Below, in pieces: positions 53,374-62,175 of a stretch of DNA of 64,000 bases. Origin of the DNA: a virus. The stretch covers positions 1 to 64,000 of IMG/VR virus record IMGVR_UViG_3300012352_000418. One strand, written 5' to 3'. How positions within the stretch are numbered: the stretch's first letter is position 1; each line of letters opens with the position of its first letter. The position numbers were made by a program, and so were the translations under genes. Below the pieces are notes generated by a model. It searched no databases. It saw only the letters and a list, made by a program, of their open reading frames with translations, and had not been told where the DNA came from.

Positions 53374-54063
53374 CTATTTTCTGTTGTCCTCATAATCAAG
53401 ACCCATTCCAATGCCGAAGCCAGCCTTGTTTGCCGTATGTCCTTGGTATGCAATAATATCGTTGGGGTCTCCAGTCTGTCCACCACTAAACACTCTTGCC
53501 TTCATTGCTTCCCATGCGTCAACCTCTGGCTCTTTATCTTCACCACTAATATCGATTCCCTGAATAGAAGCTAAGAACTTCTTTTCTTCAAAGTCTAGCT
53601 CTCTCTTAGAGCCAAGGGTGCTTAGTATCTCTGGCATAGACATAGACGACTCTAGTTCTTCGTAGTCCTTCCATATACCCAGCAAAAATACCTCTGCCTC
53701 AATCTTGGCTAGGTCGAGATCTTCCCATGTAGATCCACTTGACTCTGCCTGCTCTTTTACTTCTATATCTTCTTCTGGGTTAATCTTGATACCTGCAGAA
53801 ACACGCAAAATGGTATAGATAGCGTCAAGGTCTACACTGTCTTCAAAATCTTCTAGAGTCTCTAGCTCAGGACAGAATTGTCTCATAGCGATAGCTGCAC
53901 ATTTTGACAACTCAGCAATAGCCTCGTAGTCTGTGGAGGCTTTTTTGATTGCAGAAAACTGATCCATGAATTCTCTTAGGTATCTAAGCTTTAACGGATA
54001 CAGCCTAACTCTTTTGCCATCTACAAGAGTTATAACTTCTGTCTCATATATTTTTGTTGCCAT
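53374..54063 (-). CDS. tail assembly chaperone paralog A (long form, about 229 aa)
   Basis: ITLVDGKRVRLYPLKLRYLREFMDQF...IAMRQFCPEL...DLDAIYTIL. Acidic C-terminal extension. Start taken at the second ATG (54063), 6 nt after TGGTACAAT. Confidence 0.6.
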   Translation of the reverse strand: MATKIYETEVITLVDGKRVRLYPLKLRYLREFMDQFSAIKKASTDYEAIAELSKCAAIAMRQFCPELETLEDFEDSVDLDAIYTILRVSAGIKINPEEDIEVKEQAESSGSTWEDLDLAKIEAEVFLLGIWKDYEELESSMSMPEILSTLGSKRELDFEEKKFLASIQGIDISGEDKEPEVDAWEAMKARVFSGGQTGDPNDIIAYQGHTANKAGFGIGMGLDYEDNRK

Positions 54064-54069
54064 CATTCT

Positions 54070-54078
54070 ATTGTACCA
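54070..54078 (-). promoter_or_regulatory. extended -10 promoter TGgTACAAT, leaderless-type
   Basis: The minus strand reads tTGgTACAATagaatgATGgca, immediately after the terminator U-tract. Confidence 0.4.
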
Positions 54079-54109
54079 AAAAGAAAGGCCCAGGCGTTAA
54101 ACCTGGGCC
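54078..54109 (-). terminator. rho-independent terminator after the major tail gene
   Basis: The minus strand reads GGCCCAGG-uuuaacg-CCUGGGCC followed by UUUCUUUUU. Confidence 0.75.
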
Positions 54110-54125
54110 AATCCTTATTATTTAA

Positions 54126-54776
54126 TTATGATGTTAGTGAGATTGTACGATCAACGATCTTACCGTAGGATGCAGTTGCGTCCTCAACGGGAAGAAGGCG
54201 GAAAGAAACCTCAAACATGGTAGCTTCATCACGCTTAGCTGATACTGTAACGCTTTCAATTGAAAGTGCACGGTATGCAACGTAGATACGCTCAATAGCG
54301 TCACCCTGAGCACAGTCGCCTGTACCAGGACCGACAGCAATCAAACCACGCTCAACGGGACACTCACCGAGGTCACCTGACGCGAGGTCGAGAACGCTCT
54401 GGCTAGCAAAAGCAGATCCGACAGCACCAGTTGCTAGTGTGTCATCCTTGCCTGCGATAGCGAAGAGTAGGTTCTCCAGAGTTGCTTCAGCGAATGTAGT
54501 GTTAAGGTTAACAGTCATTCCCTGCTTGTAGAGTTTAGCTACGTCTAGAATCTGGTCTACCTGTACCTCACCAAAGTCGGGCTGGAACTGAAGTTCGAGA
54601 CCATTTGATGTGTAACCAACGTTGCGGAATGCATTGTTGTCAGAGAGAGTTTCGCGGTAGGATACATCCTCAACCTGAGTTGGGATGCTCGCTGGTGCGA
54701 GTGGACCTGATTCATACGTGAAAAGAGCAGCTGCACCGACGATGATCTGTGCAGAGTTTCCTCTTGTATATGCCAT
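54126..54776 (-). CDS. major tail (tube) protein
   Basis: 216 aa upstream of the chaperones and TMP. Strong RBS (AGAGGTG) and a dedicated terminator, consistent with high expression. Confidence 0.7.
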   Translation of the reverse strand: MAYTRGNSAQIIVGAAALFTYESGPLAPASIPTQVEDVSYRETLSDNNAFRNVGYTSNGLELQFQPDFGEVQVDQILDVAKLYKQGMTVNLNTTFAEATLENLLFAIAGKDDTLATGAVGSAFASQSVLDLASGDLGECPVERGLIAVGPGTGDCAQGDAIERIYVAYRALSIESVTVSAKRDEATMFEVSFRLLPVEDATASYGKIVDRTISLTS

Positions 54777-54841
54777 ATTTATTCACCTCTTATTTCTATA
54801 GAATAGTGGGCGTGTTTCCTCATTACAAGTATATACGCCGT

Positions 54842-55396
54842 TTATGAATAATCCTGGGTGTGGTATTCGTAGTCAATGATTATCTTATTACCAGCATAGG
54901 TTCTGGCTGTTCCAAAATCTACAATATCTCTAGTCTCTTCTAACTGAAAAATTTTAAACTCGTGGAATCTAACTGGCTTAAACTCTCTTGATAAAGTCCC
55001 AGTTCCAAATGTGAGAACTCCATTGACTGCCTTTGAGGCTATCCAGTTATTGATTTCCTCTGCAGACTCGTCTCCTCGATCAAGTAGGTCCTGAACAACC
55101 TGAGATGTCTCAATCAATGCTTCTGGATCTCCTGCTGTTTTGTAGAAGTAATACAGTAGCTGCTCACATTTAATGTGTGGAAAAGGCTTACGACGCATTT
55201 TAAACATTCTATCGTATACAGCAAAAACGTCTTCTGACGCTTCTGGAAAACCTTCTGTCAGAGCATCTAAGTCTGTGGGAAGTGTGGGAAAGAATCTTAA
55301 AGATCCTGCAAACCTGTCAGGAAGAACCTGTCCTATTTTCTCGGACAAGTATTCGTTGATGATTACGGGTGGATATGTGATTGGGTTAGTTGCCAT
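54842..55396 (-). CDS. head-tail joining / tail terminator-region protein (184 aa; positional)
   Basis: Gene order between the capsid and the major tail; ATGA coupling. Confidence 0.5.
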   Translation of the reverse strand: MATNPITYPPVIINEYLSEKIGQVLPDRFAGSLRFFPTLPTDLDALTEGFPEASEDVFAVYDRMFKMRRKPFPHIKCEQLLYYFYKTAGDPEALIETSQVVQDLLDRGDESAEEINNWIASKAVNGVLTFGTGTLSREFKPVRFHEFKIFQLEETRDIVDFGTARTYAGNKIIIDYEYHTQDYS

Positions 55397-56064
55397 TAGT
55401 ATTTACCTCCAGAAATAAATTTAATACCTGCAGAATATCCAACGGCCTTGCCGCCTCTAGCTCCTGCAGAAAAACTCTTCTTAAACTCTACTGGATTCTT
55501 TAGGTGGTCGGCCAGTCCGCTAATAGACAGTAGTGCCTGAGAGGCATATGTCATAAAGAACATTCTAAAAGTTTCTTCAAAGCTCCCAGCAACCTCGTCT
55601 CCACCTGGGTTATCTACCCTAACAGATCCAGAAACAAAGACTTCTTTTCCGTCTTGCTCAAACCTTAAAGCCTTTGCATTCTTTGGAGAGATGGTTACTG
55701 GTGACCCAGACTCCATAACTTTTGCCTTATTATAGAATGGTGTGCTGGCTCCCTTTGCATTAGATCTTGACTGAGTAAGTGTTCCATCAATGGATAATCC
55801 TCCGTTGGTAACGTTGTAGTCTATGTCAAATAGTCGTGCGGCAGGACTTCCTGTTCTGTACCATTCATATACATGGTGAAGCTTTTGAGGATCTACCCTG
55901 GCATTTGAGTCAATAAACTCACCAACTAATTCTTGCAGCTGCTCACCGAGGTTTGCTAGCATAACCTTTTTGCCTGCCTGGGTTCCATCCAGAAATCCAA
56001 TAGAGTATTGGACAATGTTGTTTAGATCTTTGATAAGCTGATTATCATTAACTTTCAGTCTCAT
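55396..56064 (-). CDS. head-tail joining-region protein (222 aa; positional)
   Basis: Gene order; overlaps its neighbours. Confidence 0.5.
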   Translation of the reverse strand: MRLKVNDNQLIKDLNNIVQYSIGFLDGTQAGKKVMLANLGEQLQELVGEFIDSNARVDPQKLHHVYEWYRTGSPAARLFDIDYNVTNGGLSIDGTLTQSRSNAKGASTPFYNKAKVMESGSPVTISPKNAKALRFEQDGKEVFVSGSVRVDNPGGDEVAGSFEETFRMFFMTYASQALLSISGLADHLKNPVEFKKSFSAGARGGKAVGYSAGIKFISGGKY

Positions 56065-56518
56065 AGATCACCGCCTGGTTCTCAGATCTACGGATAACAA
56101 CCTTGAAAAACTCAGTCTTTCCAAATGGTCCAATAACTGGATCATTGGTGGCGACTTCAAAAATTGTTGGAAGACCTGCACGTGGTCCAGAGGTTTCTTT
56201 ATAAATAACGTTTCCCTCTCTGTCCCTAATGTTTGTAACCAGAATGTTTGTGATTGCATAGTCTAGTCCAAGAACGGATGTTCTGATATCTCTCTTGGTT
56301 CTTCCAACCAAAAAGTTGTCAATTGTGATTAGTGGGTTAGGCACAACATCCTGCTTGTTCTTAGAACCTGCAATTGTGAAGGAGCATACAATGGTATCGT
56401 CAAGAGTCCAGGCTTTTGACACGTTTCCATATGGGCTTTGAGAAACTACGGGGTAGCAAATATCTGCCGTCATTGGGTAGATAATACTGGTAGCGTCTCC
56501 ATCACAACAATTGATCAT
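56048..56518 (-). CDS. head-tail connector-region protein (156 aa; positional)
   Basis: Gene order; overlaps its neighbours. Confidence 0.5.
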   Translation of the reverse strand: MINCCDGDATSIIYPMTADICYPVVSQSPYGNVSKAWTLDDTIVCSFTIAGSKNKQDVVPNPLITIDNFLVGRTKRDIRTSVLGLDYAITNILVTNIRDREGNVIYKETSGPRAGLPTIFEVATNDPVIGPFGKTEFFKVVIRRSENQAVIYETES

Positions 56519-57432
56519 AGTATTCCTGGCTTTAGGTTCATGCCCTTATAGTTGCTAAGAATCTTATCAACGATAATGTTGCCAGTACCCTCCAAGAATT
56601 GTGGGGCAAACTTGATGTCAAACTGATCTGTGCTGTACTGAGTTACAAATCTCTTGTAGTAGTCATTGTTTCCACACTTAATGTCTTCAATCAAATACTT
56701 TGCTGCAAGCTCAATCTCTGGCGGAATTGCCTTAAACCCTGCATCAAGAATAAAGATGTAGTCAACTCCTCTAGGGAAGGCTACACCGTTTCCTGACCAT
56801 GGGAATCCCAAATCTCCACCTGCATAGTTTGCAGAGATAGGTTTTGCCTCAAACCTGTTGTATTCGTTTGGAACAACTTTAATAATTGCAGAGTTGTCTA
56901 GGGTCATGGTGTACACAAAGTCCCAGGTTGTCTCTGTATCTTCGTAGTCATAGACCAAAACGTTGTTTTCGTAAACCTTTAGCACTCGGTTTGCATCGTG
57001 CCATACGGGGAAGTAATCGGTTCCCTGACCAACCTGCTGTAGAACTAACTTGTGATTATAGAAACCACCAGAAGATCCTAGGTATGAGTCAATAATACTT
57101 CTAGCAACAATCTCAAGCTCTTTGTACTCTGTTACTTCTGTTGGGGTTGTTCCCAGGGTATTGGGGTCAACGTATGGTCTGTAAACCGTAAGGTTTGAAT
57201 CAATTACGATTTCGCCCAATGTGTCGTATACTCTAAACAAGAAGTCTCTGTCAAACTGGAGCTTAGCTCTTGGCATTTCATATTCAATTTGAGAATCTGA
57301 GTTTGACGTAATGTCAATATTTTCGAATGAGTGATCTACCAAATCTTCAAGGTAAATTACGTAGTCTGTATTTGCTTCTGGGACATCCCAGGTAGCAGTG
57401 ATGGGATAGGGTGGGACTCTTAAGATCTCCAT
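56515..57432 (-). CDS. virion structural protein (305 aa; positional)
   Basis: Gene order downstream of the capsid gene. Confidence 0.5.
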   Translation of the reverse strand: MEILRVPPYPITATWDVPEANTDYVIYLEDLVDHSFENIDITSNSDSQIEYEMPRAKLQFDRDFLFRVYDTLGEIVIDSNLTVYRPYVDPNTLGTTPTEVTEYKELEIVARSIIDSYLGSSGGFYNHKLVLQQVGQGTDYFPVWHDANRVLKVYENNVLVYDYEDTETTWDFVYTMTLDNSAIIKVVPNEYNRFEAKPISANYAGGDLGFPWSGNGVAFPRGVDYIFILDAGFKAIPPEIELAAKYLIEDIKCGNNDYYKRFVTQYSTDQFDIKFAPQFLEGTGNIIVDKILSNYKGMNLKPGIL

Positions 57433-57614
57433 TAAATTCCATACTCCTTAGCGACCTCTTCTGGCGTAGCAAGCCTGGTGTGATCTCTGGTGAGCCACTG
57501 GTCTGCCTTGTCCTTGGTCATTATGTTATAGCCTTTAGAAATTTTTCCTATACCCTGCCAAAAAACGTTTCTGGAAGAATATACTGCTACCTTGTCGTAT
57601 TTTTCGTCCGACAT
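57432..57614 (-). CDS. hypothetical small protein (60 aa)
   Basis: Track ORF; AAGGAGG RBS; first gene after the capsid terminator/promoter. Confidence 0.55.
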   Translation of the reverse strand: MSDEKYDKVAVYSSRNVFWQGIGKISKGYNIMTKDKADQWLTRDHTRLATPEEVAKEYGI

Positions 57615-57640
57615 GATTGCCTCCTTGAACTACTCTTTTT

Positions 57641-57649
57641 ATTATACCA
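57641..57649 (-). promoter_or_regulatory. extended -10 promoter TGgTATAAT (leadered)
   Basis: The minus strand reads cTGgTATAATaaaaagagtagttcAAGGAGGcaatcATG. Confidence 0.4.
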
Positions 57650-57657
57650 GGATAATT

Positions 57658-57694
57658 AAAAAGAGGGGCAGGAGCGTTAACTCCTACCCCCCTC
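57658..57694 (-). terminator. rho-independent terminator after the major capsid gene
   Basis: GC-rich hairpin (GAGGGG(GG)UAGGAG-uuaacg-CUCCUGCCCCUC) followed by UUUUU. Confidence 0.7.
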
Positions 57695-57715
57695 TAATGG
57701 GTGTAACCTAAAAGA

Positions 57716-58822
57716 TTAGGATGCTACTGGCTTAGTTGCGTAAGCTACAGCGTCCTGCTCTTCCCAGTTAATTCCGAATCGAACGAATACGGTGTACTCG
57801 ATTGTGTCCTTCTTAGGAACGTAGAAACGGTTAACTGTGATGTCACGCTGGAAGCCCCAAATACGGTTCTGAGGGAATGTAAGGTCTACATACTCTGCAG
57901 GGTAGTAAGGAACTTCGAGAACTGGAACACCAAGTACACGAGTCTGACGTGCACCACCGATGGTCTGGTCTACACCGCCGAAGTAGGAACCACGAGCAGA
58001 CTCGGTTGAACCGATGCTGTCGAATACGGTACCATTGTTCTTAACGATGTTTGCAAAAGTATCGGTACCAGCGTAGAACTTGAGTCCTGTCTGGAGTGCA
58101 CGGTACTTACGTGGAAGTGCGAGGATAAGCTTTTGCATATCATCAACAGTCCAGTTTGCGTCAACCTGATCAACGACTGCCTCGTGAGCAAAGCCATCGC
58201 CATCTGCACGGGCAATAAAGCCGTCCATAATGCCGAGGAATGCGTCACCAGACTGTGCGGTGTCACCGTTAATTGCTAGGTCCTCGATGTCGTTACCGAA
58301 AGCGGTGGTCATGAGACGAACCAAGTGGTCCTCAAGAGCACCTCCTTCAATATTGTCTTCGAGTGCTTCAGCTGAAACTTCCCAGTCAAGACGTAGTTTC
58401 TTGGTGGTTAGTTCAACCTTAGAGAAGGTAGCACCAGCGTTTGTAAAGCTAGCGTCACCCTGGTTTGCAGCACGAACAACACGCTCACCTACGTTAACCT
58501 TTTCAAGTTCCATAGTGTTAGCACGCATAGTCACGCGGCGACCGTCGTTGGCAAGAGTGGTAGCGTCCCAGACGTAATCGATGAATCGACGAGCCTGTTC
58601 GGGACGCAGGATACCAGCACCTTCGTAACGGGGGTTTGCGGTAGAGGATGGGTTGACTGCGTTAGGACCAGTTGTGAGTCCGAGTTCTGCATCACCTTCA
58701 GTGTTACCGAGGTATGCAAAGGCAGGGTCTGTAACACCACCAATACCACCTGCAAATGCTGAACCATCCGCGTTAGGATAAGTTGCATTTGAAGGGTTGT
58801 TTTTAATAATTTCTTCCGACAT
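57716..58822 (-). CDS. major capsid protein (HK97-fold type)
   Basis: About 368 aa directly after the protease/scaffold gene. GGAGGTG RBS before ATG 58822 and its own terminator. Composition typical of HK97-like MCPs. Confidence 0.8.
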   Translation of the reverse strand: MSEEIIKNNPSNATYPNADGSAFAGGIGGVTDPAFAYLGNTEGDAELGLTTGPNAVNPSSTANPRYEGAGILRPEQARRFIDYVWDATTLANDGRRVTMRANTMELEKVNVGERVVRAANQGDASFTNAGATFSKVELTTKKLRLDWEVSAEALEDNIEGGALEDHLVRLMTTAFGNDIEDLAINGDTAQSGDAFLGIMDGFIARADGDGFAHEAVVDQVDANWTVDDMQKLILALPRKYRALQTGLKFYAGTDTFANIVKNNGTVFDSIGSTESARGSYFGGVDQTIGGARQTRVLGVPVLEVPYYPAEYVDLTFPQNRIWGFQRDITVNRFYVPKKDTIEYTVFVRFGINWEEQDAVAYATKPVAS

Positions 58823-58853
58823 ATATTTCACCTCCCAGTGATATTTTGTATTT

Positions 58854-60125
58854 TTATTTCAGTAGATCGGCATTTGTGAGGAAACGACCGCCCCATACTG
58901 ATTTTTCAACCATTGCTGGTTCCTGTACGATCTCGCCCAGATCGCCAGACTTGCGGAAAGCGGTATCAGCTTCGAGAGCGTCAATTGACTTTCCAAGATT
59001 AGCGAAGTCCTGCTCAGCATCTGCAAGTTTAGCAGCTGTGACCTCATTGGACTTCTTAAGTGCAGAAATCTCTTCACTAAGTGATTTGACTACTGCGGTG
59101 ATTTCGCTAAAGGCTGATGTAACGGCATCTTTAAGTTCAGTAATTGCATCAACTGCAACTTCCTCGTTATCTGACTTCGATACCTCTTCTTCGGACTCTT
59201 CGTCCTCTTCGTCTTCGGTCTCAACTGAGATTTCAACTTCAGGCTTGTCAGCCTTGTCTACGTCTACAGCTTCAGCCTCAACTGCGGCATCTGCCTCTGG
59301 AGCGATCTCAACAGTTTCGTCAGCTACTACATCTTCTGCAGGAGCTTCGTTTGTAACTTCTTCTGTCATGTTATCCTCCTTGTTAATCTCAATTGTATTA
59401 ATGCCTTTAGCACTATCAACCAAGAATTTAATCATATCGTTTTTGTCACTGTCTGACTTTTCGACAAAACCAATATTTTTCATGGGAGTACCAGAGGTGG
59501 GGCTAACTTCAGATTCATTTTCTGAAACCATAACCAATCCAGACTCCTTATCCCAAAAAACATTTTCAAGTACGGTGTCAGAGTCGACACCCTTTACTAC
59601 ATCTACGCCATCTACCTTCTCTACAGAAAGGATGTTTGCAAACTGGTTTGCAGGTGTGTCTACTAGAGATAGCTCAACTAGATCGTATTCCTTAATAACA
59701 CGAATAGCAGAGTCTGACTTCTCGTCATAGGCATCGTCCCACTTGTTCATTCTACCGCCGATAGAAAAACCAGAAAGAGTTCCATCTAGAACCTTTTCCC
59801 AAGTGTCCTGTGCACCCTTAGAAACGTATGCAGAAACATAAACTCCAGAATAGAACTTCTTTGTCTCTGGATCAAAATACTTGTCTTCCTTGAAGGAGAC
59901 CATCTTGCCAACAGCTAGTGGCTGGTGCATCTCACGGATGTTGCCACGGAACTTCTCGAATGCCTTAAGGCTTGCTTCGGTAGTTACGATGTCCTGCTGA
60001 CGATCAATGTTGTCGAGGGTAGCAAAACCAGAGACAATACGTCTCTCCTGATCAACCTTGTTAATAGGCATAGATAGGCGAACGTTCTCACCTTCGGTGG
60101 CCCAGTGTGCTTTTTGAATAGTCAT
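58854..60125 (-). CDS. prohead protease (HK97/S78-like) fused to an acidic scaffold-like C-terminal domain
   Basis: N-terminus: RRIVSGFATLDNIDRQQDIV...MHQ...LSGFSIGG...VELSLVDTPAN (protease-like). C-terminal ~200 aa are extremely acidic with coiled coil (EDEEDEESEEE...ALKKSNEVTAAKLADAEQ). Confidence 0.65.
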   Translation of the reverse strand: MTIQKAHWATEGENVRLSMPINKVDQERRIVSGFATLDNIDRQQDIVTTEASLKAFEKFRGNIREMHQPLAVGKMVSFKEDKYFDPETKKFYSGVYVSAYVSKGAQDTWEKVLDGTLSGFSIGGRMNKWDDAYDEKSDSAIRVIKEYDLVELSLVDTPANQFANILSVEKVDGVDVVKGVDSDTVLENVFWDKESGLVMVSENESEVSPTSGTPMKNIGFVEKSDSDKNDMIKFLVDSAKGINTIEINKEDNMTEEVTNEAPAEDVVADETVEIAPEADAAVEAEAVDVDKADKPEVEISVETEDEEDEESEEEVSKSDNEEVAVDAITELKDAVTSAFSEITAVVKSLSEEISALKKSNEVTAAKLADAEQDFANLGKSIDALEADTAFRKSGDLGEIVQEPAMVEKSVWGGRFLTNADLLK

Positions 60126-60153
60126 ACTAATCTAATTATAGACCCTTTTTTCT

Positions 60154-60189
60154 AAAAATGTTACTTATATGTTATTATACAACATTTTT
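60154..60189 (-). other. AT-rich inverted repeat between the portal and protease genes
   Basis: AAAAATGTT-N18-AACATTTTT (9 bp perfect). The loop contains TATAAT. A further TATAAT at 60135-60140 lies 9 nt before ATG 60125. Confidence 0.3.
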
Positions 60190-60191
60190 AG

Positions 60192-61793
60192 TTATTGTGT
60201 GGATCTACCCTCCCCTTTTGGATTTCTGCCTGTTGTGGTTGCAGTTCCATCGGACTGACCACTGACACGCTCTGCGTCACGCTCACGAGTCTTTCCCTGG
60301 TTAGCTCTAGAGTCAGCAGCTAATCTAGATGTCATTTGGAATGGCTCGTCTCCACCAGGAATCTGTGGAAGATTGATAATCTCACGAGCTTCGTTAGGCA
60401 TCATAATCTGGTTACGTACATAACGCTCAAGAATCTGAGACTGTGCTGTCTCGTCTGTAAGAGTTAGCTCGTTAAACTTAAACTCTAGAACATCGGTCTT
60501 TTCACGAACAATCTTATTCAAAACCTTTTCCAGGTTACGCTGTGCAGGTCTTGCAACTTGCTCCTTAAAGGTTCTATCCTGAGACAGAGCAGCTGCAACG
60601 TTAGAACTGTCTCCGCCACCAAGCTTGGATAGTGGAACCTGGTGAGCAATAAGGATGTCGTCTCTTACCTGCTTGCGGTACTGGTTAAAGGAACCTTCCT
60701 GAATACCGTTTTCGATTGGCTCCATCTTAAACTCAACCTTGTTCTGGTCAGAGTCTCCTGGAAGAGGGATGTAGAGTGTACGGTGGTTCTGACCCTTAAG
60801 ACCAGTCTGAAGGAATCTAAACAACTTATCCTCTGCCTCTGTAGAAAGAGATGCACCCTTTAGGGTAACCACATAACGTGGCACTGCCTTGTTCTGGAAG
60901 TAATCAATGTTGTACTGAGAAGCAAATGCGTCACCAAGCAAGGATGCCATAGCCGCAATTGTGTCTGGTACACCATAGAATGTGTTTAGTGGAGAATATT
61001 CCTTGATATGAATAATCTCATTGGGACGTGGATCAGTTGTGATTGGGTTTTGATTCTTTGCCCCAAAATTACGGAAGTAAACAACCTTGTTTGCAATGAT
61101 CTGAACAAAACCATCATGTAGTCGACGTACACGCATTGTGGTTGTTGGGATGTGACCAACATAACCAATTTCGCCATTTACAGTTCTACCAATTTCAATG
61201 TAGCCGTTTCCTGTTGCGTGAACATCTGTGTAGACCTTTTCTAGGGTTTCTGTAAAGCTTTCATCTTCGTTAAGACTTTCAAGCCAGCTACGGAGATCAA
61301 CCTTAGCACGCTCAATACGCTTGCGTGCTCTGCCAACTGCTTCCTTATCTTCTGTCATCTCAAGCTTCATCATAGTTCTATCAGAAACAATAAAGTCGTA
61401 GCCAAGACCAACAGTGTTTTCAACCTTTGCATCAATAGCTGCGTGGTTTGCAAACGATGTGTCGTAGTATCCAGCAAGCTGGTATACGTCGTATGGTGGA
61501 GTGATTACATCAAAGATGCCGTAGGCGTTACGATAAATCACACCAGGGTTGAGCTTCTTAGACTTTGCATCATCTCTACCAGTTGCATATGCGTTGGCAG
61601 AATCCATGTACTCTTCAGACATTTCTACCTTAGAGATACGAGAAGCACGACGCTTAAAGTTTGCATCAATACCGTTATAGTTCTTTACCTCGTCCCATGC
61701 CTTAAAGAATGGGTCGTTGGATGGAGTCTTTGCTTCCTCAAATCCGTCTTCTATTCTAATTGGAATAGGAATTCTAGTTACTTCGTTAGTCAT
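60192..61793 (-). CDS. portal protein
   Basis: About 533 aa upstream of protease, scaffold and capsid, with a basic/Gly-rich C-terminal tail. Track ORF trimmed to ATG 61793. Confidence 0.75.
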   Translation of the reverse strand: MTNEVTRIPIPIRIEDGFEEAKTPSNDPFFKAWDEVKNYNGIDANFKRRASRISKVEMSEEYMDSANAYATGRDDAKSKKLNPGVIYRNAYGIFDVITPPYDVYQLAGYYDTSFANHAAIDAKVENTVGLGYDFIVSDRTMMKLEMTEDKEAVGRARKRIERAKVDLRSWLESLNEDESFTETLEKVYTDVHATGNGYIEIGRTVNGEIGYVGHIPTTTMRVRRLHDGFVQIIANKVVYFRNFGAKNQNPITTDPRPNEIIHIKEYSPLNTFYGVPDTIAAMASLLGDAFASQYNIDYFQNKAVPRYVVTLKGASLSTEAEDKLFRFLQTGLKGQNHRTLYIPLPGDSDQNKVEFKMEPIENGIQEGSFNQYRKQVRDDILIAHQVPLSKLGGGDSSNVAAALSQDRTFKEQVARPAQRNLEKVLNKIVREKTDVLEFKFNELTLTDETAQSQILERYVRNQIMMPNEAREIINLPQIPGGDEPFQMTSRLAADSRANQGKTRERDAERVSGQSDGTATTTGRNPKGEGRSTQ

Positions 61794-62157
61794 CGTTACC
61801 GTACATCTCCTGTGTCTTCTTGGCTGCAATCAATGCACCAAGGTCGTTCATGGATGGGATTAGTCCCTGCTTCATACGGTCAAGCTGTTCGCTGTGCTCT
61901 TCGTCAGATACCCTGGCAACGTTGGGGAAGAAGATAGCTTCTCCGTCTGGCTCACCGTGGTACGCAGCTGCATCAGAGATTTCTCGAATCTTGCTTTCGT
62001 CACCACGCATCGATGGAATGTTAAGAACGTTGCCCTCTCCATCTGTAAAAAACTTGCCGCTAGCCTTTTTCCAAACATATACACCTGCGTTTGAGAATGG
62101 CTCTTCAATAACCTGGATCTTGGTCTTACCAATCTGACCCTTCATAATCTTTTCCAT
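61786..62157 (-). CDS. hypothetical protein (123 aa)
   Basis: Track ORF; TGGTATACT 7 nt upstream of the ATG; overlaps the portal start. Confidence 0.6.
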   Translation of the reverse strand: MEKIMKGQIGKTKIQVIEEPFSNAGVYVWKKASGKFFTDGEGNVLNIPSMRGDESKIREISDAAAYHGEPDGEAIFFPNVARVSDEEHSEQLDRMKQGLIPSMNDLGALIAAKKTQEMYGNDD

Positions 62158-62164
62158 GATTACA

Positions 62165-62173
62165 AGTATACCA
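62165..62173 (-). promoter_or_regulatory. extended -10 promoter TGgTATACT, leaderless-type
   Basis: The minus strand reads gTGgTATACTtgtaatcATG; 7 nt to ATG 62157. Confidence 0.4.
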
Positions 62174-62175
62174 CA

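Noticed and set aside
53374-54066. Programmed -1 frameshift within the long chaperone gene
   Set aside because: The downstream paralog has its own promoter-like box and a strong RBS after a 48-nt gap, so no frameshift is needed. I did not find an obvious XXXYYYZ heptamer, but the scan was not exhaustive.
58846-59730. 294-aa plus-strand ORF, the longest unexplained ORF in the track
   Set aside because: It is antisense to the acidic scaffold-like half of the protease gene. It has a low-complexity Ser/Thr/Ala composition typical of the mirror image of GAA/GAT-rich coding, and no RBS or promoter. It is a shadow ORF.
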